Source of the DNA: Candidatus Latescibacterota bacterium
GTDB lineage: Bacteria > Latescibacterota > UBA2968
Assembly (NCBI GenBank): GCA_965204745.1
Contig: OZ242010.1
Span: 192,001 to 256,000, forward strand
Length of the DNA stretch: 64,000 bases
Reading direction: 5' to 3'
The notes beneath the pieces are model-generated. The model was not told the DNA's origin, ran no database searches, and saw only the letters and a program-made list of their open reading frames with translations. This document shows, piece after piece, positions 1 through 9,612 of the stretch. Both the position numbers and the translations under genes were made by a program. Within the stretch, counting starts at the first letter, position 1; the number at the start of each line of letters is the position of its first letter.

Positions 1-741
1 GTGGTCAGCGGGGGTGACGTGTATCAACTCAAAGCCGATCAGTTGGCGGAATTGGGCAACCGCCTGTTGGATATCGACCACATTCGCCGGTTTCGGTTTG
101 CCACAAAAGGCCCGGCCGTGATGCCGCAAAAACTCGTCACCGATGACGCCTGGGTCGATGCCCTAACCCGCGTGGTGGATCGCGGGCGCGCCATGCACAA
201 AGACGTGGTTTTGCACACGCATTTCAATCACCCCGCGGAAATCACGGGCATCACGCAAGATGGGCTCAATCGGTTGCTGTCGCGCGGGATCACGATCCGC
301 AACCAAGCCGTGTTGCAACGCGGCGTGAATGACGACACAGAGACCATGACGCTCTTGGTCAAGCGGCTGAGTTATCTCAACGTGCAACCCTATTACGTGT
401 TTTTTCACGATCTCGTAAGCGGGGTCGAGGATTTACGCACCACCCTCGGCGATGGCCTCGCCCTTGAAAAAGCCATCCGCGGCGTCACGTCCGGGTTTAA
501 CATGCCCACGTTCATCGTAGATACCCTAGGCGGCGGCGGGAAGCGAGACGCGCATTCCTACGAGTATTACAACCGGGAAACCGGGATCGCCGTTTATATC
601 AGTCCCGTAGTCAAGCCCGACGCATTCTTTTTGTATTTTGATCCGCTTTGGCGATTGAGCGCAGACGTGCAAGCGCGATGGCAGGATGAGGCGGAGCGAG
701 AGAAGATGAAGGCAGAAGCGATAAAAGCGGCGGGAAGGTGA
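1..741 (+). CDS. KamA family radical-SAM (lysine 2,3-aminomutase-like) protein, 5' part outside window
   Basis: Motifs SGGD, HTHFNHPAE, NQAVLQRGVND, PYYVF and GGGGKR are typical of the KamA/EpmB C-terminal half. Confidence 0.85.
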   Translation: MVSGGDVYQLKADQLAELGNRLLDIDHIRRFRFATKGPAVMPQKLVTDDAWVDALTRVVDRGRAMHKDVVLHTHFNHPAEITGITQDGLNRLLSRGITIRNQAVLQRGVNDDTETMTLLVKRLSYLNVQPYYVFFHDLVSGVEDLRTTLGDGLALEKAIRGVTSGFNMPTFIVDTLGGGGKRDAHSYEYYNRETGIAVYISPVVKPDAFFLYFDPLWRLSADVQARWQDEAEREKMKAEAIKAAGR

Positions 742-760
742 GAGGCAAAAGGCGTGAGAG

Positions 761-865
761 GTAAGAGGTAAGACGTAAGACGTAAGACGTAAGACGTAAG
801 ACGTAAGACGTAAGACGTAAGACGTAAGACGTAAGACGTAAGACGTAAGACGTAAGACGTGAGAC
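761..865 (+). repeat. 7-bp tandem repeat array, (GTAAGAC)x13 with degenerate flanking units
   Basis: 13 perfect units at 768-858, with GTAAGAG before and GTGAGAC after; starts just after the KamA stop. Confidence 0.97.
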
Positions 866-929
866 GGTCACCGCGCTGTCTCTCTCGAGTTGTCAGTTGT
901 CAGTCCGCCCTCAACACAGGAGAAATGTC

Positions 930-1514
930 ATGGAAATCACCGTTACAGATGTCGCGCAAACGGAAATTGCCCGCTTGATGCACGAGCAAGAGCAGGTGAT
1001 TACGGGCGTGCGGATCGCCGCCGAGGCCACATCGCCCTTGCAGGCCAATTACCGCCTCGCCTTTGTCGCCGAAGGGCAGGATACGGACCGCGACACCGCG
1101 GTTCCATTCGATGGGTTCAACATTTACATCGACGAAGACAGCGTGCCTTATGCCCAAGACATCACGCTCGATTTTGTCGATGGCCTGATGGGGCGCGGCT
1201 TCAAAATTGACAACCCGCACAAAGTGCCGCCGCACCTCAAGGGTAGCGTGGCTGAAAAAATCCAACTGGTCATCGACGAAAAAATCAACCCGAGCATCGC
1301 CGCACATGGCGGGCATGTGGCATTGGTCGATGTGAAGGAAGACACGGCCTTTCTGCAATTTGGCGGCGGATGCCAGGGTTGCGGGATGGTCGACGTCACC
1401 CTCAAACAAGGCGTGGAAGTCATGATCAAAGAAGCCGTGCCCGAAATCGCGAGCGTCCGCGACATCACGGACCACGCCGAAGGCACAAACCCGTATTACC
1501 AGACGACGCAATAA
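930..1514 (+). CDS. nfuA: Fe-S biogenesis protein NfuA (ATC-like domain + NifU-C)
   Basis: INPSIAAHGG and GGGCQGCG...TLKQGVE motifs; C-terminal DITDHAEGTNPYY; AGGAG RBS upstream. Confidence 0.9.
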   Translation: MEITVTDVAQTEIARLMHEQEQVITGVRIAAEATSPLQANYRLAFVAEGQDTDRDTAVPFDGFNIYIDEDSVPYAQDITLDFVDGLMGRGFKIDNPHKVPPHLKGSVAEKIQLVIDEKINPSIAAHGGHVALVDVKEDTAFLQFGGGCQGCGMVDVTLKQGVEVMIKEAVPEIASVRDITDHAEGTNPYYQTTQ

Positions 1515-1540
1515 CAGCCGAATGATTGCCCCTACGCACA

Positions 1541-1578
1541 AGCACCCGATTCTCGCCTGCGGAATCGGGTGCTCTGTT
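1541..1578 (+). terminator. Hairpin/likely terminator after nfuA
   Basis: AGCACCCGATTC...GAATCGGGTGCT inverted repeat. Confidence 0.55.
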
Positions 1579-1657
1579 ATTAGACCCCGTCTTAATTTTC
1601 CTCCATTATATTTTTTCGCAGTTGTGTATATTTTGGGTTGGGATAGGAGAATAGGGC

Positions 1658-2032
1658 ATGAAAGTCACGAATTACTTCGTCACCGTGCTACTCGAAAAAC
1701 ACCCTGAGACCCTGCGAAATTTACGGGCGATTATCGATGCCGTAGATAGTGGAAAAATGGAAGGTTACGAAGTGGAATCTTCGGGGCGCATTCGCCGATG
1801 GGTGTATATTCCCGATGCAAAAAAATATTTTCGACTCGTCTTTCTGCCCGATCAAAAAACCGTCTTGAATGCCTTTCCAGATGCCGATACAAAAGGAGTA
1901 AATGATGAAAAAACCATTTATGTATTTCCCCGACTCGGACACGTTGGAAATCACGTTGGCCCATGGCCCGGTATCCAAAACCGAAAACGCAGGCATCGAT
2001 GGGGAACACGACAATATCCTCTTTTCTTATGA
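1658..2032 (+). CDS. Putative toxin of a DUF2283-associated TA pair (C-terminus reads through into partner gene)
   Basis: GRIRRW...FRLVFLPDQKTVLNAFPD pattern of small toxin-like proteins found upstream of DUF2283 genes; overlaps the next ORF by about 130 nt. Confidence 0.55.
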   Translation: MKVTNYFVTVLLEKHPETLRNLRAIIDAVDSGKMEGYEVESSGRIRRWVYIPDAKKYFRLVFLPDQKTVLNAFPDADTKGVNDEKTIYVFPRLGHVGNHVGPWPGIQNRKRRHRWGTRQYPLFL

Positions 2033-2360
2033 CGATCAGGGTCGGATCGTATCCATTACAATTGACGCGGCGACTCAGGCTGTGAATTTGTCGGACATCA
2101 CCCGGAATAAAGAGAACGCGATTGCGGGACAGGCTTCAGAAATTTTCACGGTATCGAGTCTGGCAAAATTGTGGAATATCTCCCCGCGCACCATTCAAAA
2201 AACCGTCCGATCCATGTTGGAAGCGGGCATCGCGGTTGGCGTCCAAAACAGTGGGCATATTGTGTTGACAGAAGCAGACGCCCACAAAATTGACCAATGG
2301 CGAAAAAAACATCCTCGTGACCGTCCAAAACGGTCGCACGCGTCGGAAGAAAAAAAATAA
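1902..2360 (+). CDS. DUF2283-domain putative antitoxin with C-terminal HTH
   Basis: YFPDSDTLEI...ILFSYDDQGRIVSITID (DUF2283-like), followed by TVSSLAKLWNISPRTIQK (HTH). Confidence 0.65.
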   Translation: MMKKPFMYFPDSDTLEITLAHGPVSKTENAGIDGEHDNILFSYDDQGRIVSITIDAATQAVNLSDITRNKENAIAGQASEIFTVSSLAKLWNISPRTIQKTVRSMLEAGIAVGVQNSGHIVLTEADAHKIDQWRKKHPRDRPKRSHASEEKK

Positions 2361-2399
2361 AAGGATGAGATATTCCCCGCTTTGGATTGCACCCCTCCC

Positions 2400-3377
2400 A
2401 TGTCCCACATCATCGTTGAAAATCTGACCAAAACCTTTCACATCGCCCAGCGGCAACCCGGGGTTTGGGGGGCGTTGCGCGGGGTCGTGCGGCGCACGTA
2501 TCGCCAGATCGCGGCCTTGGACGGGATCTCGTTTGCGATAGCGCCCGGGGAACTCGTGGGGTATATCGGGCCGAATGGCGCGGGGAAATCCACCACGGTC
2601 AAAGTCTTGTCCGGCATTCTCGTGCCGGATGCGGGGCGGTGTGAAATCCTCGGGCGCGTTCCGTGGAAAGAGCGCGTCGCGCATGTGGCGCAAATCGGCG
2701 TGGTCTTTGGGCAGCGCACGCAACTGTGGTGGGATTTGCCGGTCATGGAATCCTTTGACTTGTTGCGCGACATCTACCGAGTTGACCCGCGCCACTACGG
2801 GCAAACCCGCGATGAATTGATCGCCCTGCTCGCCCTCGAAGACCTCCTCGACATCCCGGTGCGCCAACTCAGTTTGGGGCAACGCACGCGCTGCGACCTG
2901 GCCGCGGCCCTCATCCATCGCCCGGCCATCCTGTTTTTGGACGAACCCACAATTGGCTTGGACGCAGTCGCCAAACTCGCGGTGCGCGACTTTGTCAAAC
3001 GCCTCAACCGGGAACGCGACATCACGGTCATCCTCACCACGCACGACATGGACGACATCGAAGCCCTTTGCACGCGGGTCATGGTCATCGCACAGGGGCA
3101 TATCTTGTCCGATGGCGCGTTGGAAGACCTCCGCGACCGGGTCACAAAAGAGCGGCGCCTCATCGTCGATCTCGAAGGCGCGGGGGACATCGCGGACCCG
3201 GACGCTCGCGTGGTCTTGCGAGACGGGCAGCGCGTGCATCTCGCGTTTGACCCGGACCGCATCGCCACCGCGGCATTGATCGCCCGCATCACAGCGCGGC
3301 ATCCGGTGCGCGATCTCTTTGTCGAAAACACACCTATCGAAGAAATCATCTCGCGCCTCTACGCCGAGAACCAATAG
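2400..3377 (+). CDS. ABC-2 transporter ATP-binding protein
   Basis: Walker A GPNGAGKST, LSLGQ signature, Walker B LFLDEPT. Confidence 0.93.
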   Translation: MSHIIVENLTKTFHIAQRQPGVWGALRGVVRRTYRQIAALDGISFAIAPGELVGYIGPNGAGKSTTVKVLSGILVPDAGRCEILGRVPWKERVAHVAQIGVVFGQRTQLWWDLPVMESFDLLRDIYRVDPRHYGQTRDELIALLALEDLLDIPVRQLSLGQRTRCDLAAALIHRPAILFLDEPTIGLDAVAKLAVRDFVKRLNRERDITVILTTHDMDDIEALCTRVMVIAQGHILSDGALEDLRDRVTKERRLIVDLEGAGDIADPDARVVLRDGQRVHLAFDPDRIATAALIARITARHPVRDLFVENTPIEEIISRLYAENQ

Positions 3378-3400
3378 CCACAAAGCCGAAGAGAAACCGC

Positions 3401-4216
3401 ATGAATCCCTCCAATTTGCCCGTTGTCAAAGCGTACGCAGCGGTTTGTTCGGCCAGGTTCCGCGCGCTCTTGCAATACCGCGCTGCGGCAGTTGCCGGGT
3501 TTGGCACGCAACTCTTTTGGGGCCTCATCCGCATCATGATCTTCGAGGCGTTTTTCCGATCCGCCACCGCGGCCCAGCCCATGACCTATCCGGAAGTCGC
3601 GACCTATATTTGGCTCAGTCAGGCATTTTTGGTGATCCTCCCTTTTACGCCCGATCCGGACATCCGCGGCATGGTGCGGTCGGGCAATGTGGTCTATGAA
3701 CTCCTGCGCCCGGCCAATTTGTATTTCTTCTGGTACAGCCGCGCCATCGCGCAACGCACCGCGCCCGGGGTGTTTCGCGCCCTCCCTTTGGTCATCACCG
3801 CGCTCGTCTTTTTTGAGCTGGATCTGCCGCCCGATTTTTTAGGCGCGGGGGCATGGTTCATCTCGATGATCTTCGCGATCCTCATCAGCGCGGCCCTCAC
3901 CAATCTTTTGAACATTTCCATCTTGTGGACCCTATCGGGCGAGGGCATCAGCGTCCTCGTCGCGGCCTCGGCGGGGTTGTTGAGCGGGCTCGTCATTCCC
4001 TTGGCGTTTTTCCCGGACTGGTCACAGGCGTTCATCGCCCTCCTCCCGTTTCGCTACATGATGGACATTCCCTTTCGCTTTTACCTCGGCCACCTCGCGC
4101 CGGGCCAAATTTGGACGCACTTGCCGGTTCAAATTGGACACCTCATCGCGCTGATCGCGGCGGGGCAGCTCATTCTCAACCGCGGGATTCGCCGGCTCGT
4201 GGCGCAAGGAGGGTAG
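3401..4216 (+). CDS. ABC-2 family permease (DUF990 type)
   Basis: Multi-TM; LQYR, SGNVVYELLRP and LSGLVIPLAFFP motifs. Confidence 0.88.
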   Translation: MNPSNLPVVKAYAAVCSARFRALLQYRAAAVAGFGTQLFWGLIRIMIFEAFFRSATAAQPMTYPEVATYIWLSQAFLVILPFTPDPDIRGMVRSGNVVYELLRPANLYFFWYSRAIAQRTAPGVFRALPLVITALVFFELDLPPDFLGAGAWFISMIFAILISAALTNLLNISILWTLSGEGISVLVAASAGLLSGLVIPLAFFPDWSQAFIALLPFRYMMDIPFRFYLGHLAPGQIWTHLPVQIGHLIALIAAGQLILNRGIRRLVAQGG

Positions 4217-4218
4217 TT

Positions 4219-5022
4219 GTGACCAACGCGCTCCGCCTGTACGCGCATTACTTGAGCCAATCGGTTCGCAGCCAAATGCAGTATCGCGCGTCGTTCATCA
4301 TGCTCTCGCTCGGGCATTTCGTCAATTCCGGCATCGAATTTCTCGCGGTTGCCGCGCTCTTTGCGCGATTTGAACACATTCACGGCTGGGCACTCCCGGA
4401 AGTCGCTTTTCTCTATGGCCTGATCAACATCGCCTTTGCGGTTGCCGATGCTGCATCTCGCGGGTTTGACACGTTTGGCATCATGGTCAAAAGCGGGGAT
4501 TTTGACCGCCTCTTGCTCCGGCCGCGCAGCACGGCCTTGCAACTCGCAGGGCAGGAACTCACCCTGCGCCGGGTCGGCCGCCTGCTTCAGGGCGCAATCG
4601 TCTTTTTCTGGGCGTGCCACACCTTGGATGTGGCGTGGTCGCTGCCCAAGGGCTGTCTCGCGTTGTTCGCCATCTTCGGCGGGGCGTGTTTGTTTGTGGG
4701 CCTGATGGTCATACAGGCCACAGTCGCGTTTTGGACCACGGAATCCCTCGAGCTGATGAACACCATGACGTATGGGGGCGTGCAGACCGCGCAGTATCCC
4801 ATGAGCATTTACCGCGCCTATTTCCGCAAATTTTTTACTTACGTCGTCCCCCTCGCGTGCGTAAATTACCTGCCCGCGCTGGCCATTCTCGACCGCAGCG
4901 ATCCCCTCGGCTTTCCCGTTGTCTCGCAGTGGATCGCGCCCCTCATCTGCATTGTCTTTCTCGTCGTTGCCCTCCAAGTCTGGAAAATCGGCGTGCGCCA
5001 TTATCGCTCCACCGGGAGTTGA
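4219..5022 (+). CDS. ABC-2 family permease (DUF990 type)
   Basis: MQYRASF, GDFDRLLLRP, QYPMSIY and terminal HYRSTGS; GTG start just after the previous stop. Confidence 0.88.
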   Translation: MTNALRLYAHYLSQSVRSQMQYRASFIMLSLGHFVNSGIEFLAVAALFARFEHIHGWALPEVAFLYGLINIAFAVADAASRGFDTFGIMVKSGDFDRLLLRPRSTALQLAGQELTLRRVGRLLQGAIVFFWACHTLDVAWSLPKGCLALFAIFGGACLFVGLMVIQATVAFWTTESLELMNTMTYGGVQTAQYPMSIYRAYFRKFFTYVVPLACVNYLPALAILDRSDPLGFPVVSQWIAPLICIVFLVVALQVWKIGVRHYRSTGS

Positions 5023-5033
5023 GGAGGTTCTCC

Positions 5034-6305
5034 GTGAACGACACCACCTTATTTGACCAGGCGTATGCAAGCCGCAAACGCCCGATCCTCGAAAGAGTCG
5101 TCGATCAAATTCGCCCGATTTACACGGCGGCAGAACTGACCGCCATGCGCGTTGACCCCATCAACCGCGCCATTCTCTCGCAGCGTTCGGGGCGCGGTTT
5201 TGTCAATCGGGACTTGCTCGAAACCGCGCTCGGCAACTTGCTCGAATGCGTGGCGCCCGGCTCGCACAATGCGTCTGAAGCCGCGCAAGCGACCCTGCTC
5301 GAGAACATCGAGGAAATCGTGGATCAGCTCTACGCGATGATCTACCAATCGCTTCAAGCCGCGCAGGGCGAAGGCGGTCCGATAGAAGAGGTCGCGCTCC
5401 AATCCGCGTTCGCGCTCGTGTCTCGGTTGCCCCGCCTGAAAACCCGCGCCCTGTGGAACCGGTTTGCATCCCTCAAAGACCCCGCGGTGTGGGACGCGTA
5501 CTTACGCAACGCGCACGGCTTGGACGAAGACGACCTCGCTTCTTGGACCTTTTCCCCGATCATCGACGAGGCCATTGAAGCGCGGTCTTTCGCGCCTTAC
5601 GAAGCCTTTCTCGCGGGCAAGGGCTTGGAATCGGCTTTGGCGTATCAGATGCAACTCGTCGCCAGTGCCTACCCCGGATGGCGCGTTTTGTTTTACCACG
5701 ACATCGCCCATGCCCTAACGCAACGAGGCGAGGTCGCGACGTTTGCCTGTACGCCCATTCCCCTGTTGCCGCGCGCCATCTCCGAACTCGGCGGACGCTA
5801 TTATCAGGCCGACATCCATCCGGAAACCACCCTAGCAGACGCCAATTTTCTCGAACACCCGCATCGCGGCCTCACCACGGGGCAAACCGGCGTGATCGGG
5901 TACGGTTGCATCATCTACCCCTGCACCCTCGGCGGGCTTACAGAACGGGCGCGACAACGGCATCCCACCATCGGCAATTTTGTCAAAATCGGCACAGACG
6001 CCACCTTGCTCGGCCCGGTGGTGATCGGTGACCGCTCCACCATTGGCAGCGGCACGGATATTTACGGCTTTGTGGAAACCGGCACCAGTTGTCAAATCGC
6101 GTCGTCCGTCGTCCTCGGCACCTTGCGGTCAGGCGCGCGCGACCCGGGCAAAATCATCTTGGGGGATCACGTCCGCGTAGGCGACGGCACCATAGTCGAA
6201 AACAGCACGGAACTCGATCTCATCATCCCCGACAAATCCGAAATCCCGGCCCGCTCCCACATCGTCAACGACGGCTTCGGCAATCCCAAATACGCACGGG
6301 AATAA
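5034..6305 (+). CDS. Serine O-acetyltransferase-like hexapeptide-repeat protein with long N-terminal region
   Basis: YPGWRVLFYHDIAH, DIHPET, TLGG...RHPTIGNFVKIG followed by left-handed beta-helix repeats (CysE-like). Confidence 0.7.
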   Translation: MNDTTLFDQAYASRKRPILERVVDQIRPIYTAAELTAMRVDPINRAILSQRSGRGFVNRDLLETALGNLLECVAPGSHNASEAAQATLLENIEEIVDQLYAMIYQSLQAAQGEGGPIEEVALQSAFALVSRLPRLKTRALWNRFASLKDPAVWDAYLRNAHGLDEDDLASWTFSPIIDEAIEARSFAPYEAFLAGKGLESALAYQMQLVASAYPGWRVLFYHDIAHALTQRGEVATFACTPIPLLPRAISELGGRYYQADIHPETTLADANFLEHPHRGLTTGQTGVIGYGCIIYPCTLGGLTERARQRHPTIGNFVKIGTDATLLGPVVIGDRSTIGSGTDIYGFVETGTSCQIASSVVLGTLRSGARDPGKIILGDHVRVGDGTIVENSTELDLIIPDKSEIPARSHIVNDGFGNPKYARE

Positions 6306-6368
6306 GCGAGATCCACAAAGGGCAAACGTCACGCTGGCGGGGTAGGGCGGGGACTGACCACTGACAAC

Positions 6369-6824
6369 GGCGTTGTTGCATAAATGTTGTCGTGGCTAAG
6401 TTCGTCCCTTTCCCGCGAGATTTAAGCCCCTCGCCTTCGCCATACCCTTTCAGGCCGGTGGAATCCACCACCAAGTGGATCGGCGCATGACGGGATTGGA
6501 CAGGTAAATCCACATTCAAATCGCCCTGTCGCCGGCAGAGGGTCGTGTGATCGGGCACGCGCAAATCCACCCCCATCAACGCCAAGATGGACGTGAGAAA
6601 CCCCTCGGTTTGACGCAGGGGCAAGGCAGAGACCAAGCGCAACATCAACGCCGTTTGAATAGCCAAATCTGAAAAGGTGTATGGCCTCCCCCGTTGCGTT
6701 GGCCCTTGATGGTACCACCCCCGAAGATCTTGCGGCATGATCCAAAACGTCAGACTGCCCCGCTGCTTGAGACCGGCCTCGTAGGCCGGCCAGTTCCGAA
6801 CCCGATAGACAGGCGCACAGCGCG
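6369..6824 (-). mobile_element. Internally deleted, left-truncated IS5 (IS903 group) copy, inverted relative to the full copy
   Basis: Right end (GGCGTTGTTGCATAAAT at 6369) is joined directly to the transposase 5' third at ...GEGE; close match to parts of 7164-8172. Confidence 0.85.
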
Positions 6825-6996
6825 CAAGGCCGTCTCGCAACCAACGTCCATTATGCAACCCACTTTGCAGGCCAACGCATGTCGTTCTGCTACAAAAGCG
6901 CTTTGCGCTGTGCAAGCCTCTCGGCGTTTGAGAGCGGCATTTTTGAACTGCTGGGGCAGTTGTACCCCGCTCGCCTACTTTTTTTGCCAAAAAAAG

Positions 6997-8172
6997 GGCG
7001 TTGTTGCATAAATAGCAATTTCCTGCAAGTTGGGATTGCAAAAAGACAGGCTCCTTCGTAGATTGGGCATATAGATCACCAAAACAACTCACCCTTTCTC
7101 ACCAGGAACCTGTCATGCCCAAGATAACCGCTTCCAAACCCGCCGTCAAGTCCCCGCGTCGCCCGCGCTGTGCGCCTGTCTATCGGGTTAGGAACTGGGC
7201 GGCCTACGAGGCCGGTCTCAAGCAGCGGGGCAGTCTGACGTTTTGGATCACGCCGCAAGCCCTTCGGAACTGGTACCATCAAGGGCCAACGCAACGGGGG
7301 CGGCAAAACACCTTTTCAGATTTGGCTATTCAAACGGCATTGATGGTGCGCTTGGTCTATGCCTTGCCCCTGCGTCAAACCGAGGGGTTTCTCAAGTCCA
7401 TCCTGGCATTGATGGGGGTGGATTTGCGTGTGCCCGATCACACGACCCTCTGCCGGCGACAGGGCGATTTGAACGTGGATTTACCTGTCCAATCCCGTCA
7501 CGAGCCGATCCACTTGGTGGTGGATTCTACCGGCCTGAAAGTGTATGGCGAAGGCGAATGGAAGGTGCGTCAACACGGCTTTTGCAAGCGCCGGACTTGG
7601 CGCAAATTGCACATCGGCGTCGATGAGGCCACCGGGGAGATTGTCGCACAGACCCTGACCTCGGCAAGCGTTGATGACGCTTCGCAGGTCAACCCCTTGC
7701 TCGATCAAGTCCCGGCCCCTGTCCATACGCTGGGCGCCGATGGCGGCTATGACAAACGCAAGGTCTTCAACACATGCGCCGCCCCCAAACAAGGAGCCCC
7801 CATCCGACCTCTGATTCCCCCGCGCCATGATGCCAAAATTGAACAACACGGAAACAGGAAGGCACCCCCCCTCGCCCGCGATGAAATCATCCGAGCCATC
7901 CGGCGTCAAGGCCGCCGACAGTGGAAACGCACCAGTGGCTATCATCGTCGCTCGGTCGTTGAAACCCACATAGGCCGCTACAAACAACTCATTGGGCGGC
8001 AGTTGCGCGCACGAAAAAAGAAGAACCAAGAAACGGAAGCACGGTTGGGATGTGCGGTGCTCAATCGCATGATGAGGATCGCGAAACCCGTGTCCTATCC
8101 CATAGAAAGAAGGGCTTAAATTTCGCGGGAAAGGGACGAACTTAGCCACGACAACATTTATGCAACAACGCC
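6997..8172 (+). mobile_element. Complete IS5-family (IS903 group) element with 9-bp target duplication
   Basis: 17-bp perfect IRs GGCGTTGTTGCATAAAT / ATTTATGCAACAACGCC; CAAAAAAAG duplicated at 6988-6996 and 8173-8181. Confidence 0.95.
7115..8119 (+). CDS. IS5 (IS903 group) DDE transposase
   Basis: NWAAYEAGLKQRGSLTFW, VVDSTGLKVYGEGEW, ADGGYD and YHRRSVVET motifs. Confidence 0.95.
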   Translation: MPKITASKPAVKSPRRPRCAPVYRVRNWAAYEAGLKQRGSLTFWITPQALRNWYHQGPTQRGRQNTFSDLAIQTALMVRLVYALPLRQTEGFLKSILALMGVDLRVPDHTTLCRRQGDLNVDLPVQSRHEPIHLVVDSTGLKVYGEGEWKVRQHGFCKRRTWRKLHIGVDEATGEIVAQTLTSASVDDASQVNPLLDQVPAPVHTLGADGGYDKRKVFNTCAAPKQGAPIRPLIPPRHDAKIEQHGNRKAPPLARDEIIRAIRRQGRRQWKRTSGYHRRSVVETHIGRYKQLIGRQLRARKKKNQETEARLGCAVLNRMMRIAKPVSYPIERRA

Positions 8173-8351
8173 CAAAAAAAGTATGAAAACGCGAATAATT
8201 TGAGCGTTTGACGCCGAAGGCATCGGAGGCAACCAACGAGGTTTTAGGATCAAACGCCTTAAATGAGCAAGCAACACATTTGCTAATCTGTGCGTAACGA
8301 TTAAAAAATGAAATGTCAACAGAACCTAGCAACGCGGGGTATGTCACCCGA

Positions 8352-9278
8352 TCACGCCTCTAGCACCATCTGCAACAGTGCCATGCGGATATAAACGCCG
8401 TTGTGCGCTTGGCGGAAGTACGCGGCGCGGGGGTCTTTGTCCACCGCCGGATCGATCTCATCCACCCGGGGCAAGGGGTGCATCACGATGGCGTCGTCCG
8501 AGAGCATGGACATCGCCGCCGAGTCGATGATGTATTTTCCCCGAACCGCTTCGTAGTCCGCGATGCGGTCGCCGAACCGCTCTCGCTGGATGCGCGTTTG
8601 GTACACCACATCCACGTCGGCCATGACCTTCATCAGGTCTTCTTCTTCTGCAAACGCGACCCCGTGTTCTGCCAAATACGCTTTGATATCGTCTTTCATC
8701 CGCACCATATCCGGCGCGACAAAGTAGAGTTTCACATCCTCGTACTTGGTCAACAAATAAGCCAGTGACCGCGCGGTGCGCCCATTGGCGAGATCGCCTA
8801 CCAATGCCACCCGAATCCCATCCAACCTGCCGATCTCTTTCTGAATTGTGTACACATCCAACAGGGCTTGTGTGGGGTGCTGCCCCGGCCCGTCGCCCGC
8901 GTTGATAATGGGAACCCCCGCCACATCTGCGGCGCGCTGTGCGGACCCGCTCTCGTAATGGCGCAACACGATCACGTCTGCGTACCCCTCGACAATGCGG
9001 ATCGTATCCTCGAGGGTTTCGCCCTTTGCCGCAGAGGAAAACTCCCGCGCGCTTTCCGTGGTGATCACCTCGCCGCCCAAGCGATACATCGCCGCTTCAA
9101 AAGACAACCGCGTGCGCGTGCTCGGTTCGTAAAACAGGGTTGCCATAATCCGTCGATTCAAGATATTCGACTCATAGTGGCTGACCACCTGCTCCATCTC
9201 GCGCGTGCGGTCAAAAATCCCCTTCATCACCTCGCGGCTAAATTGTTGCGCCTCAATCACATGAAACAGACCATCCAT
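8352..9278 (-). CDS. pyrB: Aspartate carbamoyltransferase catalytic subunit
   Basis: FYEPSTRTRLSF, HPTQALLD and MHPLPR motifs. Confidence 0.96.
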   Translation of the reverse strand: MDGLFHVIEAQQFSREVMKGIFDRTREMEQVVSHYESNILNRRIMATLFYEPSTRTRLSFEAAMYRLGGEVITTESAREFSSAAKGETLEDTIRIVEGYADVIVLRHYESGSAQRAADVAGVPIINAGDGPGQHPTQALLDVYTIQKEIGRLDGIRVALVGDLANGRTARSLAYLLTKYEDVKLYFVAPDMVRMKDDIKAYLAEHGVAFAEEEDLMKVMADVDVVYQTRIQRERFGDRIADYEAVRGKYIIDSAAMSMLSDDAIVMHPLPRVDEIDPAVDKDPRAAYFRQAHNGVYIRMALLQMVLEA

Positions 9279-9434
9279 CGTTGCCTCCCATGCACAAAAA
9301 AACGCCCCACCGGAGGAGCGTTTGGTATGCGATTCGCGTTTTCATTGCGCGAAAATATAGATTGAAAAACAAGCTCTTGCAAGCAGAAAAACGAGCGACG
9401 CCCTGCCGACCCGCGCCCATGTGCAGGATGCCAT

Positions 9435-9463
9435 TTGACAGAAATGGGAAATCAGGGTATTAT
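9435..9463 (+). promoter_or_regulatory. Sigma70-like promoter for glyQS
   Basis: TTGACA-N17-TATTAT. Confidence 0.6.
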
Positions 9464-9554
9464 GAGGGAACTTTACTGATTTGATTGCTGACCGCTTGGG
9501 GTGCTGGGCGGCCCTCTCCCGTCTTCCCTCTAACGTCTCACTTGCGGAAGGGCT

Positions 9555-9598
9555 GGGCGGGGACTGACCACTGACCACTGACCACTGACCACTGACAA
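9555..9598 (+). repeat. GGGCGGGGA leader + (CTGACCA)x4 CTGACAA heptamer array
   Basis: Direct reading; relatives at 6345, 34091, 38835, 52165 (reverse) and 889 (reverse). Confidence 0.9.
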
Positions 9599-9612
9599 CT
9601 GAGGAACATCCC

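Noticed and set aside
761-865. Heptamer arrays (also 31476 and 38673) as CRISPR arrays or coding ORFs
   Set aside because: The units are 7 bp with no unique spacers and no cas genes; the ORFs across them are low-complexity artefacts.
6265-7092. 275-aa ORF as an intact transposase
   Set aside because: It is a chance read-through of a deleted IS copy; it lacks most of the DDE domain and the native start.
6369-8172. Composite transposon carrying cargo
   Set aside because: Only about 170 bp of non-coding DNA lies between the copies, and the TSD flanks only the full copy.
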